Assembly (NCBI GenBank): GCA_004764695.1
Contig: SMSO01000014.1
Span: forward strand, 4,722,845 to 4,786,844
Source of the DNA: Schizochytrium sp. TIO01
Lineage: Eukaryota; Protista; Bigyra: Labyrinthulomycetes
Direction of reading: 5' to 3'
DNA: 64,000 nucleotides
Under the pieces are notes generated by a model. The model searched no databases. It worked only from the letters and a program-made list of their open reading frames with translations, and was not told where the DNA came from. A program made the position numbers and the translations under genes. Each line of letters begins with the position of its first letter. The stretch's first letter is position 1. This document shows positions 50,221 through 63,553 of the stretch, one piece after another.

Positions 50221-51014
50221 CAGAGGGAGGAGACGCCCGAGCGAGCGACCGCCAATTCTAGGGAAAACGAAGGGGAGAAGGAGACACTTGTTTTTGTTCT
50301 TCTTCTCCTTCGCCTAGTTTTCAAATCCTTGATCGATTGACTGATCGATTGACTGATCGATTGACTGATATCCTCGAGTTTAAGCTCTCTGTTTGCTGTT
50401 TCTATCTGAGTTCTGAGCCCTCTCGCGGCAAGAAGGAAAGAAAGAAATAAAAAAGGAAAGAAAGAAAGAAAAAGGCATTCGATGATATGACCAGTCAAGA
50501 CAGAAGAAAGAAATGTATTCGAGCACGGGCCTGTGAGCGCCTGATTCTTTCTTTCTTTCATTCTTGCTTTCTTGCTTTGTTCTGCGTGAACATCGAAGGC
50601 AGCAGAAAGAGAGAAAGAATGAATGAAGCACCGCAGGCTCTCTCGGTGTTGCCGCCGTCTGTCTGAGCCTGATCATGGACGCTCAGAGTTGATTGAAAGA
50701 GTGTCTCGCTAATGAAACAAATTCAAGAAATTCAAGAACAAATTAAACAACCAATTAAACAAAGTCTTGTTGCATTCATTATTTATTTGCTTACTTCTCG
50801 TGGCACTTGCTTGCAGAGGAGGGCAGGAGGAAAGAAAAGTGAGGCGTGAGGCGTGAAATGAAAGGAAGTGAGTGCGCTGAGTAGAGTGGCTGTTTACTGA
50901 GGATGGATAGTTAGTAACTTGTCAAAGAAAGGTGAGGGGCCCTGCAAAGTGAGAGGCTGAACCTTTTAATGAAAGTTGATTGATATTTAATTTGTTTATA
51001 AATTATTGCTTTGC

Positions 51015-51033
51015 TTTGTTTTGTTTTGTTTTG

Positions 51034-51062
<29 letters not shown>
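51015..51062. repeat. (TTTTG)n microsatellite
   Basis: Read directly from the sequence. Confidence 0.9.
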
Positions 51063-51065
<3 letters not shown>

Positions 51066-51800
51066 GGAAAGAAAAGGTAAGGTAAGGAAAGGAAAGAAAA
51101 GAAAGAGCGCAGTCTTCAATATGGTTGGAAAGGGGAAACTTCCTGAAGCAAGCAAGCTTTGTCATCCGTCTCTTTGTTACTAAGCTTGTATAGTTTAATA
51201 TTTATATATATTTAATAAAAAAAAGTATTTTAGATATTTGCTTTGTTTTTTAAAATAATAAAGTATTTTAAATAAAGTATTTAAACATGTAAATAAAGTG
51301 ACAAACTGAGAACTGCCGTACATACATACCGAAAGAAGAAGGAAAAAAGAAGAAAAAAAAAAGAAAAAGAGGAGGACGAGCAGTCGGCACAGCAAACCTC
51401 GAACAGCCCGTCTTCGCGAGTGCAGCGAGACGACGCCTCGAGCAATTGCTAAAATACCTGATCTCTGGTCTGTGCGTGCCGACCCCCCGCCCGCCGACCA
51501 GCCAGACCGCTAACCCCGTGCAGCCAGACAGCTACAGTTAGCTGCTGCAAGCAAGCAAGCAAGCAAGCTTCAGGAGCAGCAACCAGCATAAGTCGCCGAC
51601 GCCTCATCTAGAGAGTCGCCCCCCTCATTCAGGACTTGGCACTGAAGAAGAAAAGAAATAAAGGGAAGAAGAAGAAGAAGAAGGAGGAGGCGTGCACTGT
51701 TCCTCTTTGGAGTTTGTCAAGGCTAGTACTCTAAGTACTTCTGAAGTTTGGTCAACTAGTTGCCTTCGCGAGCACCCAAAACCGAATTGCAGCAGCGAAG

Positions 51801-53204
51801 ATGGAGCTTCAGGATGACAGCATTCCCTCGACCATGTCGAGCATGAGCCGCAAGGAGAACCTTGGAGGCAGGCTCAAGGGTTCCCTCGGCAACTTCAGGA
51901 GGTCGCTTCCCAAGTTTAGCGGCATGAGCTCGCACAGCTTGAAGTCCGCGGCTAAATCCAGCACATCCAGCATGACCTCTGAAGAACTTGTGGAGCAGGG
52001 ATTCGGACCCCACCGCTCCTTCAGCCGCGCTGAAGGCCGCAGCGAGCTCGGTAAGCTCATCTCTCACCAGTACGACGGTGCAGCTGTCCAGTATGGTGTT
52101 GCACAGGCTATCGGCAAAAAGGATCAGGACAGGTACGACATTCGTTTGGGCAACGAGGATGGCGATGAAGTGCACTACTTCGGTGTCTTCGATGGCCACG
52201 GCACATCGGCGCTCGCAGCAGATCTCTGTGTCTCTAAACTCTACGATGTAATTGCAAACTTCGATAAGCGCTCCCGAGGATCCTCCGCTGAGCTTGACTC
52301 TGAGGACGACGAGTCTGTCAGTCCCGTCGCCGTCGAGAAGGACATCTCTCTTCTCTCTCTCGGCCTCTCCCGTCAGCACATCCCCATGACTATGCCCAGC
52401 GATGAGGCAATTGCATTCGGATACCAGCGCATGGACGAGCTCGTTCGTGCATCACGCCACGCCGAGCCTCGCTCTGGTACCTGCGCAGTAACTCTCTTTG
52501 TGGAGTCTGAGCCTGCCGCAAACTTGCTTGATGATGCCGTGCAAGACGAGACTTTCTGCAAGGCCGCCTGGGTTGGCGATTGCAGAGCTATTGTTGTGCA
52601 GCAGGATGGTACCGTCGACCAGATTACTCTTGACCACCGCGTTGAAGTAAACGAAAACGAGCGCATTCGCATTGAGGAAGCGGATCACTCACCACGCAAC
52701 GGTCTCCTGGACAGCGAGCTTTGGAGCCGTGAGAGGCAGCGTGCAGCTCAGTCGGGTGAGGTCTTGCGGCCCCACTCATACATTGGCCGCCGTCAACTCA
52801 ATGGAACCCCCGTGGGCCCGGAGGTCATCTTCAGCCACAGTGGTGGTGTGTCCCTCCAGGTTACCCGTAGCATCGGCGACACCTACGCCGCTCGCTCGGT
52901 TATTGCTGATCCTGATATTGTTTCCTTTACCATCCCCAAGGGTGAGTATGCCCGCTTTGTGCTTGCCTCAGACGGTATCTTCGAGGTTCTGGGTACCCAA
53001 GAGGTAGCTCGCTTTGTGTCCAAGATCTCATCACCCTCTAAGGCCGCTGCTAAGCTTGCGGCCCACGCTAAACAGAAGCGTTTGTATGGAGGCATGGCCC
53101 CCGATGATATTACTGCGATTGTTGTGGATATTAACCCAATGATGCGCCGCAACTTTAAGACTTCCAACCTGAGTAAGCAAACCGGGCTCATCGCAGGCCA
53201 CTAA
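51801..53204 (+). CDS. Protein phosphatase 2C (PPM family)
   Basis: Motifs DQDR, YFGVFDGHG, SGTCA, AWVGDCRA, DHR, VTRSIGD, FVLASDGIF and DDITAIVV. Confidence 0.95.
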   Translation: MELQDDSIPSTMSSMSRKENLGGRLKGSLGNFRRSLPKFSGMSSHSLKSAAKSSTSSMTSEELVEQGFGPHRSFSRAEGRSELGKLISHQYDGAAVQYGVAQAIGKKDQDRYDIRLGNEDGDEVHYFGVFDGHGTSALAADLCVSKLYDVIANFDKRSRGSSAELDSEDDESVSPVAVEKDISLLSLGLSRQHIPMTMPSDEAIAFGYQRMDELVRASRHAEPRSGTCAVTLFVESEPAANLLDDAVQDETFCKAAWVGDCRAIVVQQDGTVDQITLDHRVEVNENERIRIEEADHSPRNGLLDSELWSRERQRAAQSGEVLRPHSYIGRRQLNGTPVGPEVIFSHSGGVSLQVTRSIGDTYAARSVIADPDIVSFTIPKGEYARFVLASDGIFEVLGTQEVARFVSKISSPSKAAAKLAAHAKQKRLYGGMAPDDITAIVVDINPMMRRNFKTSNLSKQTGLIAGH

Positions 53205-54622
53205 AGCCCCTTCCACCGTATCTTAGGACCACTTTTATCTTCCCACATGCATACATACCTATAAACAAGCCGGTGTTACGCCATTCCTTCTTTTACATAC
53301 ACATATACCCCACATCAACGAAGCATCCAACACTAAAATAAGAAAAGACCCGGATGCGATTGTGCGCAGAATTTGGCTCTACAAGCCATTTTGTGATTCT
53401 TGAACTGTAACTTTGTATATTCTTCTACTACCATCATGTTTTGTTCTCTTTTATTTCTCTTCATTCTTTTCGTTCTCAACTTTTCTTGCTCCTGTATCAA
53501 CACGATTATTGTGGCTGTGAGAATTGCCCCTCAGAAGAAGGTTCCTCTTTACCTACTAGTCAAGAGAGTTTCTCTGGTTGAATTTTCCGAAAGCTATCAT
53601 GGTGCCTGTTTTTTTTCGGTGGTGAATGATTATACATATGTGCTTTCACTGGTGTTCAAAACTTTTGGATTAAAATGCCAAGATTCCTCGATAGGATGAA
53701 GTCTATCAGGTTTTAGTTGGCGCAATGTTGTCGCTTCGTTCTCTATACACTCAAGTTATGATTTAAAACTTTCTGATGGTGAACCATGTCTTGTCAAATA
53801 ATTAATTATTTATTTTTGAATATCGCGCTTCATAATAATGAAAAACATGGAGGTAAAACAATAGGCAAGGTACCTCACGAACGATAGAAAATGATGACAA
53901 TCTCAAGGATTCCTATTCCTTCGCATTGGGTCTAAAAGAGCATGGGCAGAGTTTCACTGATAATCACTCCATGAATCGCAGAAGGCTTTCTGTAATTTGT
54001 GTGTCCAAGGTTTTCTTATTTTGAGAGTTCTCAGAACTTTTAAAAGCGATCTAGACGACTTATTAAAAAAAGGGCAATAGCCGTTCGTAGCAAAACAGTT
54101 TAGAGACTTGGGCATATGGTAAATAGTAGCATCTTCTTTTAAAGCACAATCGAAACAATATTTGCCATGCATTCACTTACGAACATAAATGGCGAATGCT
54201 AATATACTAGAAAAACAAAAACTCAACTTGCATTCAATTAAACAACTGCGACTACCGCCAAAGCATCAACTGCCCCACTCATGGACCTCGCACTCCCGTT
54301 CGGTTCATTTGAGCTCCAGGGCTAATAATAACTTAGGTTACGACAGCCATCACAAAATGACCACCAACAAGAAAATAGCAGAATGCAGTCATTGAACAGG
54401 ATTTCTTACTTCATCATTTACGTCTTTTGTTTGTATGTTATATGAGTTACTTCACTTCATTTGCCTCCCTCGGATGATAATTGACTACATGAGATGCAAG
54501 TCCTAGTGAGGACTTCGACGACTCATATTGTAAACCCGGATAGCAAACAAACAAAATCTAAAGCAGGCAGACAGAATATATGCAGCATGATAGTTAATTA
54601 TGATTCCCAACACAATTTTCCT

Positions 54623-55981
54623 CTACACGCTTGCTGATGCAGGAGCAGCTCCCCAGAGAGCAAGTTCAGTGTCGACACTGCCAGTTGCGACTAAGGCAAG
54701 CTTGGGGTGAGCTGCCATACATGTGATAAAGTGAGTGTGTGCATTTGCTACTGTGCGCACGCAGCGCTGCTGTTCAAGGTCCCAGATTCGAATAGACTTG
54801 TCCTCAGATGCAGTCATGAGATATTTTCCATTCGGCTGAAAGGCTACTGCACGAACCCAGTTGTCATGACCTGCGAGGGTCATCAGGCAGATGCCTGAAG
54901 CCACTTGCCAAATCTTCACCGTGCGGTCACGAGATCCCGAGACAACATGGGCGCCGCCAGCAACAGTCAGGGATGATGGGGCTGTGGGAGGAGTCTCAGC
55001 ATGGTTGTTACTAGTTGGGTGTGCAGAACCATTGAGAGCCTTTGATCGGGAAGGGTTCATAACCTTGTCAGCTGGACCCGAGGAAAACGCAACGCATTCC
55101 ACCACGTGTTCATGACCACGAAGTCGCTCCATTAATTCGCCGCCAGGAGCAGCTGCCAAGTTCCAGACAATAACCGACTGGTCACTTGAGCAAGTCGCGA
55201 GCAAATGACTACCCGGATGAACCGCGAGCTTGCGAACCCAATCGTCGTGACCGGTCAAAGTACGAATGCAATATCCACTTGTAGTGTCCCAAATCTTAAT
55301 GGTCTTATCACGAGAGCATGACGCAAGTTGCTGAGGGTTCTCTGGCAAAAACCTTACTCCCGTGACATTATGGTCATGACCCATGAGGGTGCGAATACAA
55401 TCTTGCGAACCACTGGGCGCAAAATCCCACAATTTGATACTCATATCAGCACTGCAGCTTGCCAAAAGAGTTCCATCTATGTTAAAGGCAATATCTTGGA
55501 CCACATTAGTGTGACCCTTGAGGGTACGCTCGAATTCACCGGTCTCAAAGTCCCATAATTTCAACGAAGCATCCTCCGACGCGGAAACCATCATGTTAAA
55601 GCGTGGATGGAATGTTACACATGTGACAGGAGCGCGATGTCCTTTGAGCCGAGAACGGCTCGTTGTCTTCAACAAATAAGTCTCACCCACCTTGAGACCA
55701 TCAGGCCCATTGCCTTGACCCACCGCAAAACCACCCGCCTTACGTTCTGCTTCAAGGTCCTTCACCTTTTGCTCAAGATCTAAAACTTTACGTTGCAGGC
55801 GTACAACGGAAGTCCATTTCCGCTCAAGCAGAGGAACACCGTCTGGTCGAGACTTTACAGGATCCGCATTTCCAACAGCCTGCCCGAACTCCTGTGCTGC
55901 AGACTGGAAGCTTTCATCCGACCGAAGGTATTCCAGAATTGCACCATGCAGCTCTGTGCGTTGCTTCTCGGTAAGCACCAT
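54623..55981 (-). CDS. LIS1: Lissencephaly-1 homolog (LisH + coiled coil + WD40), dynein regulator
   Basis: MVLTEKQRTELHGAILEYL, LLERKWTSVVRLQRKVLDLE and WD40 repeats (GHTNVVQDI, GHEHVVECV, GHDNWVR). Confidence 0.96.
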   Translation of the reverse strand: MVLTEKQRTELHGAILEYLRSDESFQSAAQEFGQAVGNADPVKSRPDGVPLLERKWTSVVRLQRKVLDLEQKVKDLEAERKAGGFAVGQGNGPDGLKVGETYLLKTTSRSRLKGHRAPVTCVTFHPRFNMMVSASEDASLKLWDFETGEFERTLKGHTNVVQDIAFNIDGTLLASCSADMSIKLWDFAPSGSQDCIRTLMGHDHNVTGVRFLPENPQQLASCSRDKTIKIWDTTSGYCIRTLTGHDDWVRKLAVHPGSHLLATCSSDQSVIVWNLAAAPGGELMERLRGHEHVVECVAFSSGPADKVMNPSRSKALNGSAHPTSNNHAETPPTAPSSLTVAGGAHVVSGSRDRTVKIWQVASGICLMTLAGHDNWVRAVAFQPNGKYLMTASEDKSIRIWDLEQQRCVRTVANAHTHFITCMAAHPKLALVATGSVDTELALWGAAPASASV

Positions 55982-58059
55982 CTTTGTTTGCCACAGTCAC
56001 AAACGCAACCAATACTAGCGAGGTCGACGCAGCTACTGTTTTAATGATCTTGCAGGCGGCCCAGCTTCTCGTAAGCTACGCCTGAGACCTTTCCCTCTCC
56101 TCAGTCCGTATACTTCAACCTTTGCTTTAAGGTCTGCTACAACGATCAATCACGACCTGAATGCTTGGTTATCAATGAAAAGCGAAAAGAGAATTTTCAC
56201 CCAAACGATAGAAGCGATACCTGTCTACCAATTCAACAAAGGTTAGTCAATCTGAACTTTACACACAAAATGCACCAAACAAACTGCAACTGGTCGAAGC
56301 TATAATTTAGCAAACAGGACAAGCACTATACTCTAGTCCACAGAGTCGGTCTCCGTTGATCCGAAAATTTATCAAAACTGTCCTTCAAAAACTACACGAC
56401 CACTCATAACCAAATGCACAACAATCGAGCTTTCAATGGATCTACTTATGCGTTACATCCACAGAGACGCTCGTTTCTTCCCTCACCACCAGGTAGAACG
56501 ACCCAAAGCAAGTTGTCAAGCCTTTCAAGGCCGTTGCCACAAGAAAAATACCAGAGAAAACACACACCAAGATGAGATCACCTGACTTCGCGAGCCTGTC
56601 CACTCCTGTCAAGATGCCGTTCGCACTGCTTTCTTGCGCTCAGGCAACGTATGTAATGTATGCTTTCTTCGATCCTGTGTGAAACCACCGACGAAACAGA
56701 CTTCGACGCACGTCTCTTCGACCACAAACAACGTCACTTACCGCCTTACGTCCCCCCAAGCTGTCCCACCAGCAGCTTTTGGGTAGGCTTCGAGCTCTGC
56801 AAGGCTCGAAAGGTCTTCCTCGACTCCGGTTTGCTCACGTGGCGTCACCGCCAGATGCGCAGAAGTAAAACAGTCGATTGAAATCAAAATCAACCTTTGC
56901 GAGAAAAATAAAATAAGCAGATATATATATATATAGCGAACGAGGAGACTAGAAAAAAGACTCCAGAAGCGATATGGCGTTGCTCCAAGACCGACCAAGA
57001 TATCAAAGCTCACAAAGTAAATTTACTGGCCACCACCCAGCGAGCCTACTTGAACTCTGGAAATCTCTTTGCACGAAAATAACGACCTCCGCCTAGCTAG
57101 GCACTCCAACTACCCATCCTCTTCTTGCCATGCGCAAAACGTTCGCTGCCCAATTTTGCCCAATATTTACCCTATATCCCATACACAAAGTAGCATTTTA
57201 CCTACACAGCCCACACCATCTCATGTTCCCTTCATTCCCTAACCCACGGCAGCCGCGGCGCCTTATATGGTCGATACTTAACCTACGAGTCCAGAAAGCA
57301 CGTCCCGGAGATCAAAGGTTCTCTACCACCATTTTTCGTTGGTAGAGACACTCTCCTGGGAATCAGTTTTATTACTAATTTTTTCGCCCCCAATTAGGGG
57401 TTCCCTTCTTTACTTTATGCCTTCGCTTCTATGTCCGACGGGGAGGACAGAGTAGTAGTGATATAGGGGAAAGTCCAGATTGCTTTCCCGCTTTGCTTTG
57501 TACCTCAAAATGTTCGCTGGCTGAATGGGGGAATGAGGCTTGAGAGAGTATAATGTATTGAGTGAAGATGCTAACGTCAGTGGCAATTGCCGTTTGGGGG
57601 ATGCTGTATTAGAAGTCAGACCATGCGATGTTTAACAATGATAGATTTTTTAAAGGGGAGAAGAGCTTTGGATAATTTGTAAAGGAAAGTATTGAAAATT
57701 CATCAATCAGACAAAATAAGACTCATCAATCTACAGGCCTTGTCTCGCACTCAGCCACTAGCTAGCTAAATGTGGTCAATCTCGTCGACGGCTATGTCCT
57801 CTTCAAGCTGGTCCTCAAAACAAAACCAAAAACACTCGAAACGGAAAGTAGTAGTATCATCAAGGCGTGTGTCTGGCTAACTTGAAATTATTACTATATC
57901 TTTCTCTTGGCTAAAGCAACGAGTTGGATTTCCACTAGGTTGCAAGCGCAAATTGCCTTGTTTTAGTCAGAAGCTCTACCTAGACACTGGAGGACAGGAG
58001 CCATGGTGGGTGGGTTACATTCTAAGATTAAAATACTCGCTGGCTGATTCGCAGCGGGC

Positions 58060-59250
58060 TTACTTGTTTTCATTGGCCGCCTTCTCAAGCTTCTTCTGGA
58101 GCTGGATGAGCATATCCTCGGTCATGGCATCAATGTCATACTCCGGCTTCCACTTCCAGTCCTCGCGAGCAAGGCTGTCATCAATGGACTGGGGCCAGGT
58201 GTCAGCAATGTTTTGGCGAAAGTCCGGGGCGTAGTCAATCTCAAATTCGGGAATGAACTTGCGAATTGACTCAGCGAGCTGGGAAGGGGTGAAGCTCATT
58301 GAAGTGATGTTGTAGACGCGCTCAGAGAGAGAGTCTGAGGGGGCCTGCAGAAGCATCATGGTGGCCTTGAGGCAATCCGGCATGTACATCATCGGGAGGG
58401 CAGTGCTCTCGTTGAGAAAACTGGTGTAGCGACGCTCTTCGAGGGCCTTGTAGTAAATCTCAACAGCGTAGTCAGTGGTACCACCGCCGGGAAGAGTCTC
58501 AGAGGAAATCACACCAGGGTAACGCAGGGAGCGGAAGTCGACACCGTAGCGGTTGAAGTAGTACGTGCCGAGAAGTTCCATGTAAATTTTGGTGATACCA
58601 TAAATTGTAGTGGGGCGCATGACAGTGTGGTCAGGGGTGTCCATCTTGGGAGTAGACGGACCAAAAACAGCAATGGTACTGGGAGTGAAAACGCGAAGAT
58701 CATTCTCACGGGCGACCTCCAGCACGTTCTCCATACCGCGGGTGTTGATGCGGAGTGCAAGCTGGGGGTTCTTCTCACCAATCGCACTAAGCATGGATGC
58801 ATTGTGGACAATCATGTCGATGCCGTTTTCGAGAGCGATGCGCATAAGGGCATCCTTCTGCATGACATCACAGTACACAAAGGGGCCGCTCAAGAGGCTG
58901 TTACCATTGCCATTGCCGTTTCCCTTGCGACGAGGAGTACGGATATCGCTGGCAATAACGTTGTCAATGCCATACTCTTGACGCAGGTAAGGCACGAGCT
59001 CCTGGCCAATCTGGCCAGAGGCACCAGTGACAAGAACACGTGTTGTGGACTCGGCCTGGCGAACGCGAGAGGCTTCTCCAGGGTATCCAAAGCTGAAGGC
59101 ACGTTCGGTAGCACGGGGAGGGCGCTCGGAGTCGTCACCGTTATCGCCAGAACTGGCACTAAGAAATCTACGCGATTCACTGGCAGCAAGCACGCGGCGC
59201 TCCTGCTGCTGGAGCACGCGGCGGGTCAAAGAGTTCATCATGATGCTCAT
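58060..59250 (-). CDS. TDH: Mitochondrial L-threonine 3-dehydrogenase (extended SDR type)
   Basis: Arg/Ser-rich presequence, [30 protein letters not shown] (YxxxK), [18 protein letters not shown] and LPMMYMPDC. Confidence 0.95.
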   Translation of the reverse strand: MSIMMNSLTRRVLQQQERRVLAASESRRFLSASSGDNGDDSERPPRATERAFSFGYPGEASRVRQAESTTRVLVTGASGQIGQELVPYLRQEYGIDNVIASDIRTPRRKGNGNGNGNSLLSGPFVYCDVMQKDALMRIALENGIDMIVHNASMLSAIGEKNPQLALRINTRGMENVLEVARENDLRVFTPSTIAVFGPSTPKMDTPDHTVMRPTTIYGITKIYMELLGTYYFNRYGVDFRSLRYPGVISSETLPGGGTTDYAVEIYYKALEERRYTSFLNESTALPMMYMPDCLKATMMLLQAPSDSLSERVYNITSMSFTPSQLAESIRKFIPEFEIDYAPDFRQNIADTWPQSIDDSLAREDWKWKPEYDIDAMTEDMLIQLQKKLEKAANENK

Positions 59251-62200
59251 GGTCTTGGTTTAAGTTTTGGTTTTAGTTTTGAGTTTCAAGGTGGATTTTT
59301 GTATGTTGCTGCACTTGTCCGGTCTTGATCAAGACGCCAACTCTTGGACCGTGTTTCGACTTCCGCAGCGAACCTTAGAAGGCAATACGCTTGGAGTGAC
59401 TGCCAAGGTTTGTTTGAGGTTTGCTGGTGGCCAGGGCGCAGCTGAAAGTCCAGGCGGTGCAGATTGGATGGGTGCTCGCTGTTTTGTGCCTCGCTCAGTT
59501 CTGCTCTCTCAGAATTCGCTTACAGATAATTTTATTTTTTAAGTAATATGTAAACTATATAGATGTAGGAAAAAGCGCCAAATAGGAGTTACCTGTAGCA
59601 ATGGATGTAAGGTAAAAGTAATTATAACCTTTACAATTCGAGTCCCAAATTCAAGTTCACCGGCTCGAGGCGGCTTGTGGGAGCGATTCCTCAACGATAG
59701 CTGTACGTGTACTGCCACCACGATGCTCAAAAAGATCTGGGAGTCAAGGGCTTTTCATTCCCCCCCCCATACTCTCTTGGAGGCGCCATGTATAAGAAAT
59801 GCCACGAGGGTGAAGCGCTGTGGCGAGGTCCGGTGAGCTGTGCTAATTCTTATTCTTTTTTCTCCAATTTTTATTGATCAAAAATTATATATGATAGGAG
59901 AAAAGTATCATATCATCATTTCGAGTTGGCTGTAACAATCGATAACTAACTAAACTATCAATCTAACTCACTCACTCACTCGCTCCAAGGGAATCACAAA
60001 TCCTCAATCGACAAAGAACCAGTCATACATACCAGGTATGAGGTTTACAATTCACCCGTGGCTCATGCATGAATAGAATAATCCACGTAGTAGAGCGAGT
60101 GAATGACTTAAAAGATGCCAGCGAAGCCACTGAGAGGGCACAAGGGCACACTAAAACGAGAACAGGAGCGGCGACTGGAGCAGCCTCGAAGAACCTGCAG
60201 TTTGTACCAGTCAGTACCTGCAAACCGACCTCTATCTACATTCTATATCTATCAGCACGGACCTTTCTGCTGGATATTGGACGCATGAATAGTCGTATCG
60301 TGCCTTCATACAGTCAGTCATGGCGATGGAGGGAGTTTTTGCTTTTGCTTTTGAGACAGGCCACCTGAAGAAAGAAAGAAAGAAGAAAGAAAGAAAGTCC
60401 ATCCCCGGCAAATATAGCAGAAAACGCGCACTTTTGCTGATCACTAACTGCGATTAAAATGGTCACCTCCGTTTGTAGAAAAAGCCTGCAAACAAATCAA
60501 GTCGCGCCTTACATTGCAGGTGGCAAGCGCCTCTGATCAGCCGTGTGGCCAGCAACCAACATTAAGAATGAGTCCCAGACCACTCCCAGCTAACTCACTC
60601 ACTCAGAACGTACGAGCATTGCAAAGTTTTCAATCATAAACAAACGTAAGGTTGTTTTTAATGATGATGTAGGACATACATGAATGAATTGCACAGTGGC
60701 ATTGCAATCAATGCCTGGGGCTGCGGTGCCCAGGGAACCCAGTGGAGAGACGCACGCACTCGCTTGCAGGTCGCTTACTCTCGCTGTGACACGGCATTCA
60801 ACCAACCTGGTGATGCACAAAAGCGATGATCGATGCAAGCAAGTTATTATTGGAGCGAGCCTGAAGACGATGGCACCTGGCGCCTGAGTCTTGTAATAAT
60901 CTACCCCCTCGAGATTCTTGTGCCCTCCTCATGGACGATGAATGTGCCAGGAATTGGCGGCGTGCTCGACTTGCTTGCTTGCACTCACTCGGCCACGCAA
61001 GTACACAGGCTGGCTAAAGAGGGAGACGACCTTTTCGGTCTCCAGGGCTCAAGGGTTCTCTGGCGCAAGGAAATGAATTGACCTCCATAGAACCCTTCGA
61101 TGACACCAAGAAACGTGCAGGCCGAGGATGCCACAAATCGTGAATGAATGGGTTTCTTGCCACTCACATTGATTCGCATTCAGGCAGTTGAAGGCCGTCG
61201 AAGCGGCGAACTATTTGGAGCACAGAAGTCTTGAAGACCTTGACGAGGAGTTCAGCTTTAGCAGTTGGCCAGGGCATGAATGCACTCTATAAAGGTGGAC
61301 AAGTCAGGGAGCATCTCTGTCAGGTTGTGGCCTGCGAATGGGGTTTTGAGATTCACCGCTTTTGCTCTCAGCTCCCAAGAACGTCAACACAAATAAATGT
61401 TGAATTGGAGGTTCCGGCACAATTCAATATTAATTGGAAGGACCTGGATCTTCGGAGAGCTTGTGCATTGTGATAAAGCATTGAATGAAGAATGCCTGCT
61501 AGATACCTAGTCTCCTTGCCGTGCCGTGCGATTGCTGCCGCGAGCTTCGCTGAAAACCGGTGAGCTCTGCTTCTTCGTCCATTTTAAGTTGGCGATCAAC
61601 CAGAGGCATAACTGACTAACAAGCTGGTCGCGCTAGTCCTTGTAGGAGAGAACCAGAAGCGAAATTTGTATCCTCTTGCCTCAGTTCACAAAACATAGCA
61701 AAATCAATGGGCAGGCTTAGCAGGTGCAAATTCATGACCGCTGTACCTCTACACTCTCGCTAGGCCTTCAAGTCTTTTAAATTGAGCAGAAACTCAAAAC
61801 AGTTGCATCTCATTACCCGCTCAACTAAGTGTGTCTTATGATGCAAGTATGCCAAGGTAGTATCGAGAGAGTGTCAGCGAACGAACTTATAGCGCTGACC
61901 AGCTTGTCAAGAGCGCTCAAAGGCAGGACATCAGCAAGCTTTTCCAGCTTTCAATTAACTTGGTATTAAGCTTGAATAAAACTCGCGCGACGTAATGGTA
62001 GTATTTGACTACTGCTGATAAGCTAGCTCATGGGATTTATTTGCCACTGCTTGTGTAGAGAGTGACCATTTTTATGTAGCGGTAGGGAGTATCTATTCGA
62101 TTGTCAAATCTTTGAAATAGAAGAATAAGAAGAAGTGTCGTCAAGCATACATGACGCAATGCCGTCATGTAAACTAAATATGAAAGGCTGTCTCACGAGT

Positions 62201-63553
62201 GAAAGTGTTTTGTGAAGGACAGGAATCACTATTAAAAAATAGTACGCTTGTGCCCCTGCACGCGCGGGCTTTTGTTTGGCATTGTAGATCGAGTGTTATA
62301 CCATGAGAATCCTGGTGGTCATGTAAAACTACTCACGGCGTTCTAAACTTACTTTTCTATAACAAATGATAGACTTTGGCCCATGGAATCTACTCAGAAA
62401 TATGTTGAGGTCTTTATCATGTTCAAGTAAATTCGTAGAAAGATCGATGAAGTAAATAGATTATGCAAAGATCAACAGATACTCTGAAGATCCCGCTTTT
62501 ATGAAGATGAGGAGGCCGCATCAAGTGTCTCCGAAAGCAGAAATGAAATTGTTTCTTTCAAGTTTGTAGTCTGTTATTACTATCCTGCGACCGTGTATTC
62601 TATGACTGCATTCCTCATAAACAGAAACCTGCATATAGTATGTGGCACACACTGCAAAGTTATTTACATATAAGGGGTCTACTAACCCAAAGTACTTTCT
62701 TAGCCTTTTATCAAATGGGTCCAAGACTACTGATGAAGGAGTGCATGTTTTAAGTATGATCCATACACAATTAAAGTCCTAGTACAATGCGCTTCATGAT
62801 AAGAAGGTTTTCATGCTCATCCCTCCCTCTATAGATAGATAGCACAAAGGAGTCAAACGCGACTTTGGGCACGAATCCTCTTTGACATCTAATGTGTGCT
62901 ACATAGGCCAAGCTTCCTCTTTGAACAGACTCGCACTCTCCCCACAAGTATGATATCCTGCAGCTTGCATCATCTAAAATGAGCTGTGCTGGCTTAGTTT
63001 TCATCTTAACCTGCCATCTGCATGACCTACCTAGCTAGCCTCATCCAATGTCAACTTAGAGTGATCTTATCTCATGGGTTTACCTCTAGATTTTTATTGA
63101 AGAATGAATACCAGAGAGAATAAAAATCATCCCGGACTTTTGCTTTCGCCTTTTACATGGACGCAGAAGCCAAACTACATGAAAGAAGCTTCGGCACTAG
63201 ACCACAAAGACCTTTAACGTGGGCATCACGTATCGTCCACATTGAGCTCCTGCGCCTTGTCCGCACTTAGGAGACGTGACCTGCGTTGTTTTGCGCAAGC
63301 TCTAGCTCAGTTTTCGTTGAAGAAGTCGAGAACAATACAGTTCTTAGTAGCAACACCTCCGACGCCGAACTGGAGAAACTATGGGCCTAGCTCAGGCTAG
63401 ATGACTGCTACTCAGAGAACGTGCGATGAATGAATAGACCCCTTTATAGCCCACTTAAGATTGTGCTGCAATGTAATGTAATAGGTGCGAAAGCAAATCA
63501 GCAACCAGTAGTTGACGAGAACTTAGCTCCTCGCGTCCCCAAAGTCAAGCAAC

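Noticed and set aside
3197-55981. Functional cluster of cytoskeleton/cilia genes (coiled coil, ARL6-like, cofilin, kinesin-13, LIS1)
   Set aside because: The genes are dispersed, interleaved with unrelated genes and belong to common categories; there is no evidence of co-regulation.
62521-63004. Two short minus-strand ORFs as possible pseudogene fragments (likewise 23430-23723 and 10793-11144)
   Set aside because: No recognisable family motifs; they cannot be supported without a search.
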